A DNA stretch of 62,105 bases, counting the filler. It is 5 parts of 5 records of this genome, joined end to end, with 100 filler letters (N's around TTAATTAATTAA, not from the genome) between each part and the next. Parts side by side here need not be neighbours in the genome. Positions count along the whole stretch, not along the records: positions 6,382 to 37,954 come from SRR20825010_4862; 4 more parts are not named here. The stretch is one strand, 5' to 3'. Positions 12,027 to 20,272 of this stretch are shown here, one piece after another. The notes beneath the pieces were generated by a model. The model saw only the letters and a program-made list of their open reading frames with translations. It ran no database searches and was not told the origin of the DNA. A program made the translations under genes and the position numbers. Each line of letters begins with the position of its first letter. Position 1 is the first letter of the stretch.

Positions 12027-12836
12027 TCAGTGGAGTGAGAAGCGCACTGGGATTTTGACCCAGGCAATTACGGCTCTGCCGCCGCGACGTTCAGGTTCGA
12101 ATTCCCAACGTCTTGCGGCAGCCAATGCGGCATTATCAAGGAGCACGTAGCCGGAGCTTTGCCAGACCAGTATTTCCTCGGCTTTGCCCTGAGGGTCGAG
12201 GCGGATGTGAAGCAGGGCTTCACCTTGCTGGTTCAGCTCGCGCGATCGCTTGGGATATCGGGGTGGTGTTGGGGGGGAGCGGTATCGGGCTTCATTGATG
12301 ATCGTGAGATCAGGTCTTTCCGGCTGTCCGGTGGAAGTTTGTGGGGCAGCAAGCGAGCCGGTGTGATCAGCTTGCAATGAGCTGACGGCCGCATCGCTCG
12401 CCTCAGGCGATGCTAGCTGCGCATTGGACGGCGGTGAAACGGGTTCAGATATCTTTGGCGCCGGTGCAGGGGATTTTTTGGCTATTGGTACTGGGCGCGG
12501 TGCCTCAACGGGATTGACCGGAGGTGTCACAGCTTTTCGTGTGACGGCGGGGAGCGGCTTTGCAGCGGTGTATTGTTCGGTCTCGGCAGGTGCTGTGATT
12601 TTCGGCGCAACATCGGGTGTGTCGAGATTGACTAGCGTGATGTTGAAAGCTTTGGCAGAGGTTGCCGTATTAATGCCATGCGGGGCGATGGCTGTTGCCA
12701 GATAGGCGGCAATGGCAATGTGGGCGGAAAAAGATGCCGCCATCGAAAGACGCATACGCTTGGAGGCAAAGAGCCGGATCGAGGAACAATCAACCGGTCC
12801 TTTATCGTCTGCATTTCCGATGGCGGCGAGGGTCAT
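12027..12836 (-). CDS. tonb: Energy transducer TonB
   Basis: N-terminal transmembrane segment with SAHIA (S-x-x-x-H-like), a Pro-rich linker, and C-terminal YP..SR...QG and SSGY.LLD.AAL.AARRW motifs. Confidence 0.85.
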   Translation of the reverse strand: MTLAAIGNADDKGPVDCSSIRLFASKRMRLSMAASFSAHIAIAAYLATAIAPHGINTATSAKAFNITLVNLDTPDVAPKITAPAETEQYTAAKPLPAVTRKAVTPPVNPVEAPRPVPIAKKSPAPAPKISEPVSPPSNAQLASPEASDAAVSSLQADHTGSLAAPQTSTGQPERPDLTIINEARYRSPPTPPRYPKRSRELNQQGEALLHIRLDPQGKAEEILVWQSSGYVLLDNAALAAARRWEFEPERRGGRAVIAWVKIPVRFSLH

Positions 12837-12845
12837 GAGAGGCCC

Positions 12846-15065
12846 TTAGAAACGGATCGTTGTATTGACGCCGAAATTGCGGCCTGGCTGTGAGTAGCGA
12901 TCAAGCACAGTCGAGTTTGCGGCAACGCCACGCACGTCTGTTGAGAGGTAGTATTTTTCGTCCGTCAGATTGAAGACGCCGGCATTGATGGTGAATGTCG
13001 GCAGGACTTCGAAATAAGCGGTGAGGTCGAAAACGGTATAGTTGGGTGCCGAGAAGTTGGTCGCGCTTGAGTTTCGGCTATGTGTCCAGGCATGGGTCAT
13101 GGTCAGTTCGCTGCCCCAACGCTCAGTCTGATAGCGAAGACCGCTGACAAGTTTAACCGGGTCCACACTATCAATTGCCTGATGGGTACCTTCATCTTCG
13201 CCATAGGCATAGGCGATGCTGCCCAGAAGCGACCATTCTGGCGCGAAGCGATATTCACCGCGTGCTTCTGCTCCGTAGATCACGACATTGGCGATGTTCT
13301 GGTATTGGTAAGCCATCAGGCCACCCGGAAGTGAACCAGTGGGGAGGGTGACTGTGTCGATGAAGTCTTCGTACTTGTTATAGAAGAGGGATGTGCTGAA
13401 GCTGCTTCCGCTTGCGAATTTTCCACGAAGACCGGTTTCGATGCCGTCACTTGATTCAGGCTTCAGGTCGGGATTGGGCAGGATGCCGTAGAAGTAAGCG
13501 AAGTTGCTGAAGGTCTGGTTAGCGCTGTCATAAGGCGGCAGGCGGAAGCCGTGTGAGTACTGGACGAAGCCCGTGTATTCGTCTGAGAGTTTATAGGTTG
13601 TGGCGAGCTTGGGCGATATGTGCCATTCGGACAATTCACTGACCGGCGCGCCACCGGAGTTGAGGAACATCTGGTCAACTTGGGGTGACATCTTGAAATA
13701 GTCGATGCGCGCACCGGGCGTCACAGTCCAGTTGCCTGAGCTGATTTTATCCTGTGCGTAAAAGCCGACCTTCGTTAGGCTGTTGTCCGGGAAGGTTTTG
13801 TTTGGATAGGTTTCGCCGCCGACCACACTTGTTGTGCCGGTCATGGAAGGGTAGTTGGACTCGGTACGCGTGCGTGGCCGCTCTGTTTCTGAATATTCGC
13901 CGCTTACACCATATGTGAGTTCGTTGAGCGTATTGCCGATATTGAATGCGCTGTCGAATTGCGCTTCCGCGCCGAAGATGTCTTGCGTGTAGCCGAAGTC
14001 GCTGAGACGGATTCTTGTGCCTGCTGAGCGTATCTGTTCGGAATGCTCATTGCGATAAAGTTGCGTATAGAATGCTTTGAGCTGAAGCTTGTCGATAAAG
14101 CCCATTCTCGCATCATGCGTATAGTCCAGAGCAACCCGTTTGCGCTCTGTTTCGTCAGAACCCGTTGACGAAATGACTGTTGTTGATGGTGCGACGCTGA
14201 CATCAGTTAGCACGTTAACGTTCAGGTTTTTTTTGTAATATTCGCCTGTCAGTTTGAGCGTGGCGGCGTCAGTGGCATGGTAGATCAGCTTTGTAAGAAA
14301 GCTTGTCGTGTCATAATCCATGGGATTGTTTTTGACAGCGTTGCCGGATGAAACCGATCCCTTCGTTTCGATTTCGCTGCCATCACGACGGGTGACAAGT
14401 CCGAGAATTTCAAACTTTCCAGCACGGGCGGCACCCGTCAGCGATTCCAAATAGCTATCGTCGGCGCTGGAATAACCAAGTTTGAGTGAGCCGTACCAGT
14501 CTTTGCCGACCATATCGAGATAATCGGACGGATCCTTGGAAACATAGGAGACGATACCGCCGACAGCATCGCTGCCATAGAGCACGGAAGCTGGTCCGCG
14601 GATGATTTCGATCTGCTTGAGGGATTCGATGTCAACAATATCGCGTGAATACCCGCCCGGTGTGTTGAAATTTGAACCTGGAAAGTCGGGTACTGATTGG
14701 CCGTCGAGCAGGATCAGGACGCGGTTGTTTTCGATGCCGCGAATGGAGTAACCCGCTGTGCCACCACGTGTCGGTTGATTTGCAATGGAGACACCCGGTT
14801 CATAGCGGATAGCATCTCGGATGGTATTGGCGTTGTTGCGTTCTAGCTCGTCTGAACCGATGACCGAGACAGTACCTGCAATGTCGTTGATCGATTCAGG
14901 GTTGCGCGTCGCAGTGGTGGTAACGGCATCAAGCTGTGTCGCCTGAACGGCAGGTTTTTTGGCTTCTTCTGTTTTTGTGCTTATGTCTTCGGCGGCATAA
15001 GCCGTCGAGATCGCTATGAATGATGTGGCCGCCAAAAGGGCAAGTGTGAATTTAGTCCGTGCCAT
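12846..15065 (-). CDS. hmuR: TonB-dependent heme/hemoglobin receptor
   Basis: Signal peptide, TonB box LDAVTTTATR, plug motif EIIRGPASVLYGSDA, FRLP and PNPDLKPE (FRAP/NPNL-like) motifs, terminal Phe. Confidence 0.9.
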   Translation of the reverse strand: MARTKFTLALLAATSFIAISTAYAAEDISTKTEEAKKPAVQATQLDAVTTTATRNPESINDIAGTVSVIGSDELERNNANTIRDAIRYEPGVSIANQPTRGGTAGYSIRGIENNRVLILLDGQSVPDFPGSNFNTPGGYSRDIVDIESLKQIEIIRGPASVLYGSDAVGGIVSYVSKDPSDYLDMVGKDWYGSLKLGYSSADDSYLESLTGAARAGKFEILGLVTRRDGSEIETKGSVSSGNAVKNNPMDYDTTSFLTKLIYHATDAATLKLTGEYYKKNLNVNVLTDVSVAPSTTVISSTGSDETERKRVALDYTHDARMGFIDKLQLKAFYTQLYRNEHSEQIRSAGTRIRLSDFGYTQDIFGAEAQFDSAFNIGNTLNELTYGVSGEYSETERPRTRTESNYPSMTGTTSVVGGETYPNKTFPDNSLTKVGFYAQDKISSGNWTVTPGARIDYFKMSPQVDQMFLNSGGAPVSELSEWHISPKLATTYKLSDEYTGFVQYSHGFRLPPYDSANQTFSNFAYFYGILPNPDLKPESSDGIETGLRGKFASGSSFSTSLFYNKYEDFIDTVTLPTGSLPGGLMAYQYQNIANVVIYGAEARGEYRFAPEWSLLGSIAYAYGEDEGTHQAIDSVDPVKLVSGLRYQTERWGSELTMTHAWTHSRNSSATNFSAPNYTVFDLTAYFEVLPTFTINAGVFNLTDEKYYLSTDVRGVAANSTVLDRYSQPGRNFGVNTTIRF

Positions 15066-15106
15066 AAGTCCCAGTCCTAAGAGATGCTGAATTGAAAGCG
15101 CATTCC

Positions 15107-15154
15107 TGGCTGGCTACCGGTGAGTGTCAGGGACAAACGTGCGGATGGCTGGCT
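15107..15154 (-). repeat. Two direct repeats AGCCAGCCA in the hemP-hmuR intergenic leader
   Basis: TGGCTGGCT on the + strand at 15107-15115 and 15146-15154. A degenerate copy (ACCAAACCA) lies at 15176-15184. Confidence 0.6.
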
Positions 15155-15190
15155 TGGTAGCTTGATTTTGCTGTGTGGTTTGGTCGCTGG

Positions 15191-15364
15191 TTATTTGATC
15201 AGGATCAGCTTGTTGTTTGCAGTTATGCGAAGGCGGTACTGTTCGATCCCATGTTCAATGATGACTTCTTTGCCTCGCCTGAAGAGGTCTGCACTGGAAA
15301 TCTTCGTTAGGTTTCCTTGCTCGACTTTGTTCGCATCGGCTGGCGGGACCCCACCGGGTTTCAT
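15191..15364 (-). CDS. hemP: Hemin uptake protein HemP/HmuP (57 aa)
   Basis: Below the ORF-track cutoff. Manual translation MKPGGVPPADANKVEQGNLTKISSADLFRRGKEVIIEHGIEQYRLRITANNKLILIK matches the HemP pattern S..LF....EV.I.H....YRLR.T...KLIL.K. Confidence 0.92.
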   Translation of the reverse strand: MKPGGVPPADANKVEQGNLTKISSADLFRRGKEVIIEHGIEQYRLRITANNKLILIK

Positions 15365-15397
15365 TGTCTGGTTGCCATTGCGTTACTCGCTGTCGTT

Positions 15398-15416
15398 AAT
15401 AAGAATGACTCTCAAT
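15398..15416. promoter_or_regulatory. Fur-like iron box upstream of hemP
   Basis: AATAAGAATGACTCTCAAT. The minus-strand core TGAGAGTCATTCTTA is an imperfect 7-1-7 palindrome resembling Fur boxes, about 35 nt upstream of hemP. Confidence 0.65.
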
Positions 15417-15559
15417 AGCATAATGAGGTCGTGAACAGCAATGGGCATTTTGGCTATTTTCTTCGCCAAATTGAGAGGCGAGCAAAATGTCGCGCAAGTT
15501 GTTGAATTTGCTGAAAATTATTTCAGGTCGTGATTTCAATTCAAACCGAGCGTGCGCGC

Positions 15560-16939
15560 TCAGGTTCGTTGACCGGTTTTCTTGAGGCCGGATTGAATTT
15601 CAGAATGTTTGATGCGATCGAGGGGGTACTTCCACAACGCGATGGCTGCAATGGAGAAAAACACTGCTGGCAGCAAGACAAAGGTCCACAGAAGACCGGA
15701 TGTAGCCGCTGGGCTGTTTGATGATGCAGCCGGATCGAATCCGATCCAGCCCAGAATTGCATAGCAAATAGAGACTGACAGCGCCGCACCCACCTTATTG
15801 GTTGTCGTGAGCAGCGCAAAGAATAGCCCGGCTCGTTTTGTGCCGGTTTCCAACTCGTCCATATCCGCAAGGTCGGCCATCATGGCGCGCAGTATCATGG
15901 GGCCGGCACCGAATGCGGAGCCGTAAAAGATGGTCGCGATGAGGAGGCCCGTGAAGTTTCCCTCTGAAGCGACGAAAGGAAAGATGAGAAGTGACAGGCA
16001 GGCATAAACCATGGCGCTGGCGAGGGCGGCGTGTTTGCTGACGCGATATGCCAATGCCATCCAGATCGGCATCGAAACAAGGCCTGACATGAAATAGGAT
16101 AGAAGGATCAGACTTGCAAATTGGGCCTGATTGAAAACCCATGTTGCCAAGAAGATATAGGTGGAGCCTGCTACACCGATAGCAAATGCGATCGATATGT
16201 CGGCGACCAATACACGGCGCAATGGCTGGTTTTTAAGGATCGCAATGATTGCTTTGCCAATTGGAATGGTGGCAGGCACATGTGCGCGGCGCTCCGGAAC
16301 GATGGAGAGAATTATGACGGCTGTGATCGGCAAGAGGATCAGCAAATACCAGCCCATGCTTGCGACTTTGGTATATGTGTCGCCGCCTGTTCGCTCGATG
16401 ATCGCAGGTAGGACAAGAACTGTGACCATGCCCACAATTGAAGCGATTTCGCGCCAACCATAGAGGCGCGAGCGTTCGTTGTAGTCCGTTGTGAGTTCCG
16501 TGCCCCAAGATTGATGAGCGATGGTTAGAAATGTGTAGCCAAGATAGAGAATAACCAGCCAGACGAGGAGATAGCTCCCGTTATGGGTGCCTGCACTTGG
16601 CATATAGATAAAATAGGCGGCTAGCATCAGGATAGGGACAGAGAGTGCTATCCAATGTTTGTGCCGTCCCCAGCGTGAGGGGAAGCGGTCGACGAATGTG
16701 CCCATGATCGGATCGGTAACAACGTCCCAGAGGCGGGCCAGAGTGAAAATCAATCCCACCGTTGCCAGACCCAAGCCTACTTCATTGGCGAAAAAGGGTG
16801 GGAGATAGACCGTGATCGGAAGACCCAGCGCAGCTGTCGGGAGGGTTAGCGATGAATAAGCCGCGACGATACGTCCAGACAATTTCGTATTCTTTGAATT
16901 TCCGGATGTATTGCTCTCTGAATGTGCTTGCTGACTCAC
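15560..16939 (-). CDS. MFS transporter, GPH/MelB family
   Basis: ARLWDVVTDPIMG..VDR..SRWGR and ELTTDYNERSRL motifs, about 12 hydrophobic segments. Confidence 0.85.
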   Translation of the reverse strand: MSQQAHSESNTSGNSKNTKLSGRIVAAYSSLTLPTAALGLPITVYLPPFFANEVGLGLATVGLIFTLARLWDVVTDPIMGTFVDRFPSRWGRHKHWIALSVPILMLAAYFIYMPSAGTHNGSYLLVWLVILYLGYTFLTIAHQSWGTELTTDYNERSRLYGWREIASIVGMVTVLVLPAIIERTGGDTYTKVASMGWYLLILLPITAVIILSIVPERRAHVPATIPIGKAIIAILKNQPLRRVLVADISIAFAIGVAGSTYIFLATWVFNQAQFASLILLSYFMSGLVSMPIWMALAYRVSKHAALASAMVYACLSLLIFPFVASEGNFTGLLIATIFYGSAFGAGPMILRAMMADLADMDELETGTKRAGLFFALLTTTNKVGAALSVSICYAILGWIGFDPAASSNSPAATSGLLWTFVLLPAVFFSIAAIALWKYPLDRIKHSEIQSGLKKTGQRT

Positions 16940-17232
16940 TGATTTTCCGCCTTGCTTCCGGGAGATTTTGGTCTTTGCCGCTCCGATGGTTTTCGACTGT
17001 TACATAGTGAATACAGTCATAGAACCAATTGTAAAAGCGCCATCCGGGCAGCATTGGAGAGGTGATTTCCAGCTATATGGCGAATCACCCGTGCAGTAAA
17101 TTGTATGGTCTCGGAATGAATTGGACCGGAATTCTATAGAAGAGCTGCATTATCTGTTGTGAGCGAATGTTTTACTTGAAGGTCGGCGTTTCAAATGATC
17201 AATTTCTGGAATTCAATTAGGGGGTGTTTGAA

Positions 17233-17700
17233 ATGAAAAATCTGACCGGATTTGTTTCGGCGGCAAAAGTAGCGCTCTTGACAGCGGTGCTTTTGGGAGC
17301 CGGGGCTCACGTAGCGCAGGCGCGCGATACAAAGCATTTGATGCCAGTTGCGGCTGCGCTGGGATCGGCAGATGGCCAGAAGGCGCTCGACGGGTCTGTA
17401 GCTTTTTATTTTGGGAAGACCCCGCATCCTGCTGTAGCTCGTTCGCTGGGTGTCTATTCGACGAATAAGAAAACAAACAGCTTTAACAAAACGGATTTTG
17501 AAGCATGCAATTGGGTATTCCTCTCGGCGATGATCACTTTGCAGGATCGCGCTAAGAAAGAGGGCGGTGATGCTGTGATCAACATAAAAAGCTATTACAA
17601 GAAGAATGAGCAATCCCATGACACTGAGTTCGAGTGTTATGCAGGTTCGTTTGTGACGGGTGTTGCTTTGCAAGGCGAAGTTGTGAAGCTGGCCGAGTGA
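17233..17700 (+). CDS. Small exported protein associated with aryl polyene clusters (often misannotated 'excinuclease subunit')
   Basis: Signal peptide ending AQA, conserved TNKKTN.FNK.D.EAC.W.FLSA and NI.SYYKK...FEC.AG. First gene of the operon. Confidence 0.7.
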   Translation: MKNLTGFVSAAKVALLTAVLLGAGAHVAQARDTKHLMPVAAALGSADGQKALDGSVAFYFGKTPHPAVARSLGVYSTNKKTNSFNKTDFEACNWVFLSAMITLQDRAKKEGGDAVINIKSYYKKNEQSHDTEFECYAGSFVTGVALQGEVVKLAE

Positions 17701-17711
17701 AGGAGGCCACA

Positions 17712-18443
17712 GTGTTGAACGCAGTCTATGTAAAGTCTTGGGCTGCGGTCATCTTGGATCAAGCAAGCGGGGAACTGCAGGCATTCGGGGATTTTGAGCA
17801 GAAAGGTATCATTCCTGCCGCAACCAACAGGCGTCTTGGTGTATTTGGCAAAATGGCAATCGGTTGTGGGCTGAGTATCGCGGGCGCTGACAGTTCAGAT
17901 CTGGTGTTTTGTTCTCGATTTGGCGATCTGGATATTGCATACCGGCTGCTTAGCGATCTTTCGTCCGGTGGGCTTTTATCACCGGCTGCGTTTTCGAATT
18001 CGGTTCACAACGCTGTGCCCGGGGTGATGGATCTGGTTCGGAAAAGTAAAGTTGGTCACACAGCTATAGCTGCGGGAACGCAGAGCTTGTCAGCCGGGTT
18101 TGCCGAATGCTGGGCGAAATTGGTCAATAATCCAGATCAGGACATTTCTCTGGTTTTAGCCGAAGGTGTTTTGCCGGAAGAATTGCGTCCGTTTTCGCCT
18201 GATGACTCGAATGGCATTGCGCTTGCGATGACACTTTCGACCCATCGCTCTGCAAATGTTGTCGGGCATTTCACGCTTACTTCCAATGCTCCTAGCAGCA
18301 TTTTGGAAGAGCCTGTTTCAACGTTACTCGCACTGGCAATCGTGGATGAATTGGATCGGCAAGCTCCGTCTGGTGCGGGGCTCTTTTGGCGTTCGCGTGG
18401 ATTGTCTTGGTCGTTGGGGGCAGGACCAGATGCGGCGGATTGA
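17712..18443 (+). CDS. apeC: Beta-ketoacyl synthase chain length factor
   Basis: RRLG, SRFGD and LSPAAFSNSVHNA motifs, no KS catalytic Cys motif. AGGAGG RBS at 17701-17706. Confidence 0.85.
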   Translation: MLNAVYVKSWAAVILDQASGELQAFGDFEQKGIIPAATNRRLGVFGKMAIGCGLSIAGADSSDLVFCSRFGDLDIAYRLLSDLSSGGLLSPAAFSNSVHNAVPGVMDLVRKSKVGHTAIAAGTQSLSAGFAECWAKLVNNPDQDISLVLAEGVLPEELRPFSPDDSNGIALAMTLSTHRSANVVGHFTLTSNAPSSILEEPVSTLLALAIVDELDRQAPSGAGLFWRSRGLSWSLGAGPDAAD

Positions 18444-19200
18444 GCAAGCGTGGCGGCTGGTCTTCACAGGTCTAGCTTTTGTACTATTCGGTGTCGGCGG
18501 TTTATTGCTGTCGATCACTGTGTTTCCGCTGCTGAACATTTGTGTGAGTGATCGCGAGAGACGCATAAATTTGGCACATGCCGTCGTCCACTGGGCGTTT
18601 TGGACACATGTGCGTTATATGGTTTTGTTTGGCGTTATCAGCGTCGAGTTCAAGGGAGCGGAAAAGCTAGAGAGTGATCAAGGCACATTGATGGTCGCCA
18701 ATCACCCCTCCTTGCTGGATGTCGTCTTCCTAATTTCTGTCATCAAACGCGCGCAATGCATTGTGAAATACCAGATTTGGCGCAATCCGTTCATGGGAGG
18801 GGTGGTGTCTGCAGCTGGTTTCATCCGTAATGACGGGGATCCGGAATCGCTCGTTGCTGATTGTGCAGCTGATCTGGCTGCTGGTCGCAATATCGTAATT
18901 TTCCCCGAGGGTTCGAGAACGGTACCCGGCGAGCCAATGAAGTTGCAGCGCGGGGTCGCTAATATTGCTGTGCGGACTGGGGCTCCAATTCGCCTGATTA
19001 CCATCAGTTGCGAACCGCCTTCACTTATGAAGGGGCTGAAATGGTATGAAATTCCGCCGGTTCGATCACATTTTACAATTACAATCCATGAGTTGATTGA
19101 AATGAATAGCTTTATGGGTGATTTTAGCCCTTCGGTGGCTGCTCGGCATTTGAATACCTATTTGCTGGAGCGATTAGACGGGGGAAATAGGGGTGGCTGA
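18430..19200 (+). CDS. apeD: Lysophospholipid/glycerol-3-phosphate acyltransferase
   Basis: ANHPSLLD (HxxxxD), IFPEGSRT and L.KG.KWY.IP motifs. Confidence 0.88.
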   Translation: MRRIEQAWRLVFTGLAFVLFGVGGLLLSITVFPLLNICVSDRERRINLAHAVVHWAFWTHVRYMVLFGVISVEFKGAEKLESDQGTLMVANHPSLLDVVFLISVIKRAQCIVKYQIWRNPFMGGVVSAAGFIRNDGDPESLVADCAADLAAGRNIVIFPEGSRTVPGEPMKLQRGVANIAVRTGAPIRLITISCEPPSLMKGLKWYEIPPVRSHFTITIHELIEMNSFMGDFSPSVAARHLNTYLLERLDGGNRGG

Positions 19201-19468
19201 GATTGAGGATCGAATTCGGCGACTGATTGTCGAGACGCTGAATCTGGAAGATATTACGCCGGATGAAATCGATTTGGATGAGGCTCTGTTCGGGGACGGG
19301 CTTGGTCTGGATTCTATTGATGCTCTGGAAATCGGTGTCGAAATCCAGAAGGCATTTGGCGTCAAAATCGATACACAGGATGAGAAACTTTCCAGCTATT
19401 TTTCAAGCGTGAGATCGTTGGCAAATTTCGTTACGGAGCGGCAGGAGCCGCAGGAGCAGGCGTCATGA
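19193..19468 (+). CDS. apeE: Acyl carrier protein
   Basis: LFGDGLGLDSIDALE phosphopantetheine attachment site. Confidence 0.92.
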   Translation: MAEIEDRIRRLIVETLNLEDITPDEIDLDEALFGDGLGLDSIDALEIGVEIQKAFGVKIDTQDEKLSSYFSSVRSLANFVTERQEPQEQAS

Positions 19469-19716
19469 CTCGCGACGAGATTCATGCAAAGTTGAAAGAG
19501 TTTCTCGTGGAATTGTTTGAGATTTCACCGGATGCCATTTCGGCTGACGCACTGCTTTCTGAGGATCTTGACCTTGATAGTATTGATGCCGTTGATCTCA
19601 TTTTGAAGCTTCAAGAGTTCACTGGACGTAAAGTTTCTGCCGACCAGTTTCGTACAGTGCGCACCGTAGGCGATGTTATAGATCAGGTTCATGACCTCCT
19701 CGGCCAAGCGGCTTGA
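19465..19716 (+). CDS. apeF: Acyl carrier protein
   Basis: EDLDLDSIDAVDL motif. Confidence 0.92.
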   Translation: MTRDEIHAKLKEFLVELFEISPDAISADALLSEDLDLDSIDAVDLILKLQEFTGRKVSADQFRTVRTVGDVIDQVHDLLGQAA

Positions 19717-20272
19717 TCCTTGGGCCGCGATCCTTGCGGCAACCACTCTGCTTTTTCCGCCACTTGCGGCAATAGGTATGCATTGGATTGGTCCCTGGCC
19801 CATCGTCGGTGGACTTATTCTGGTACTTTTGTTGCGTGTCGTCGTTCCCTCAGCGGCACCAATGCCGGTTGCTATGACATTTTGCCTGCTTGGTGTTGCC
19901 GGCGGCGAGCTTTTGGTCGGGTTCTGGGATCCGGAGTTGGCCGCGCGGCTCTATCCGGTCTTTATGAATATGACAATGCTGCTTGCTTTTGCGATTACCC
20001 TTTGGAAGCCACCCAGCATGATCGAGAGGTTCGCACGGATTGCAGAGCCTGATCTCGACGCGCATGGCATTGCCTATACACGAAAAGTAACATGGCTCTG
20101 GATGGCATTTTTTGTGGTGAATGGTGGCATCGCGCTTTGGACGGCGCTCCATGGAAGCTGGTTGCAATGGGGCGCTTATAATGGCGGCATATCTTATCTT
20201 CTGGCCGGAACTCTGATGGCGGGAGAATATCTCGTTAGAAGAAGAGTGCGAGTAAGAAAGTCTGCGCCATGA
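19691..20272 (+). CDS. apeG: COG4648-type membrane protein
   Basis: RLYPV, MIERFAR, YTRKVT..W..FF..NG and YNGGISY motifs. Confidence 0.85.
   Translation: MTSSAKRLDPWAAILAATTLLFPPLAAIGMHWIGPWPIVGGLILVLLLRVVVPSAAPMPVAMTFCLLGVAGGELLVGFWDPELAARLYPVFMNMTMLLAFAITLWKPPSMIERFARIAEPDLDAHGIAYTRKVTWLWMAFFVVNGGIALWTALHGSWLQWGAYNGGISYLLAGTLMAGEYLVRRRVRVRKSAP

Noticed and set aside
15120-15434. 104-aa plus-strand ORF
   Set aside because: It is the antisense shadow of hemP and its promoter.
16996-17089. Short inverted repeats (GACTGT/ACAGTC; GGTGATT/AATCACC) in the divergent region before the APE cluster
   Set aside because: Arms of 6-7 bp with long spacers are expected by chance, and no recognisable operator is present.
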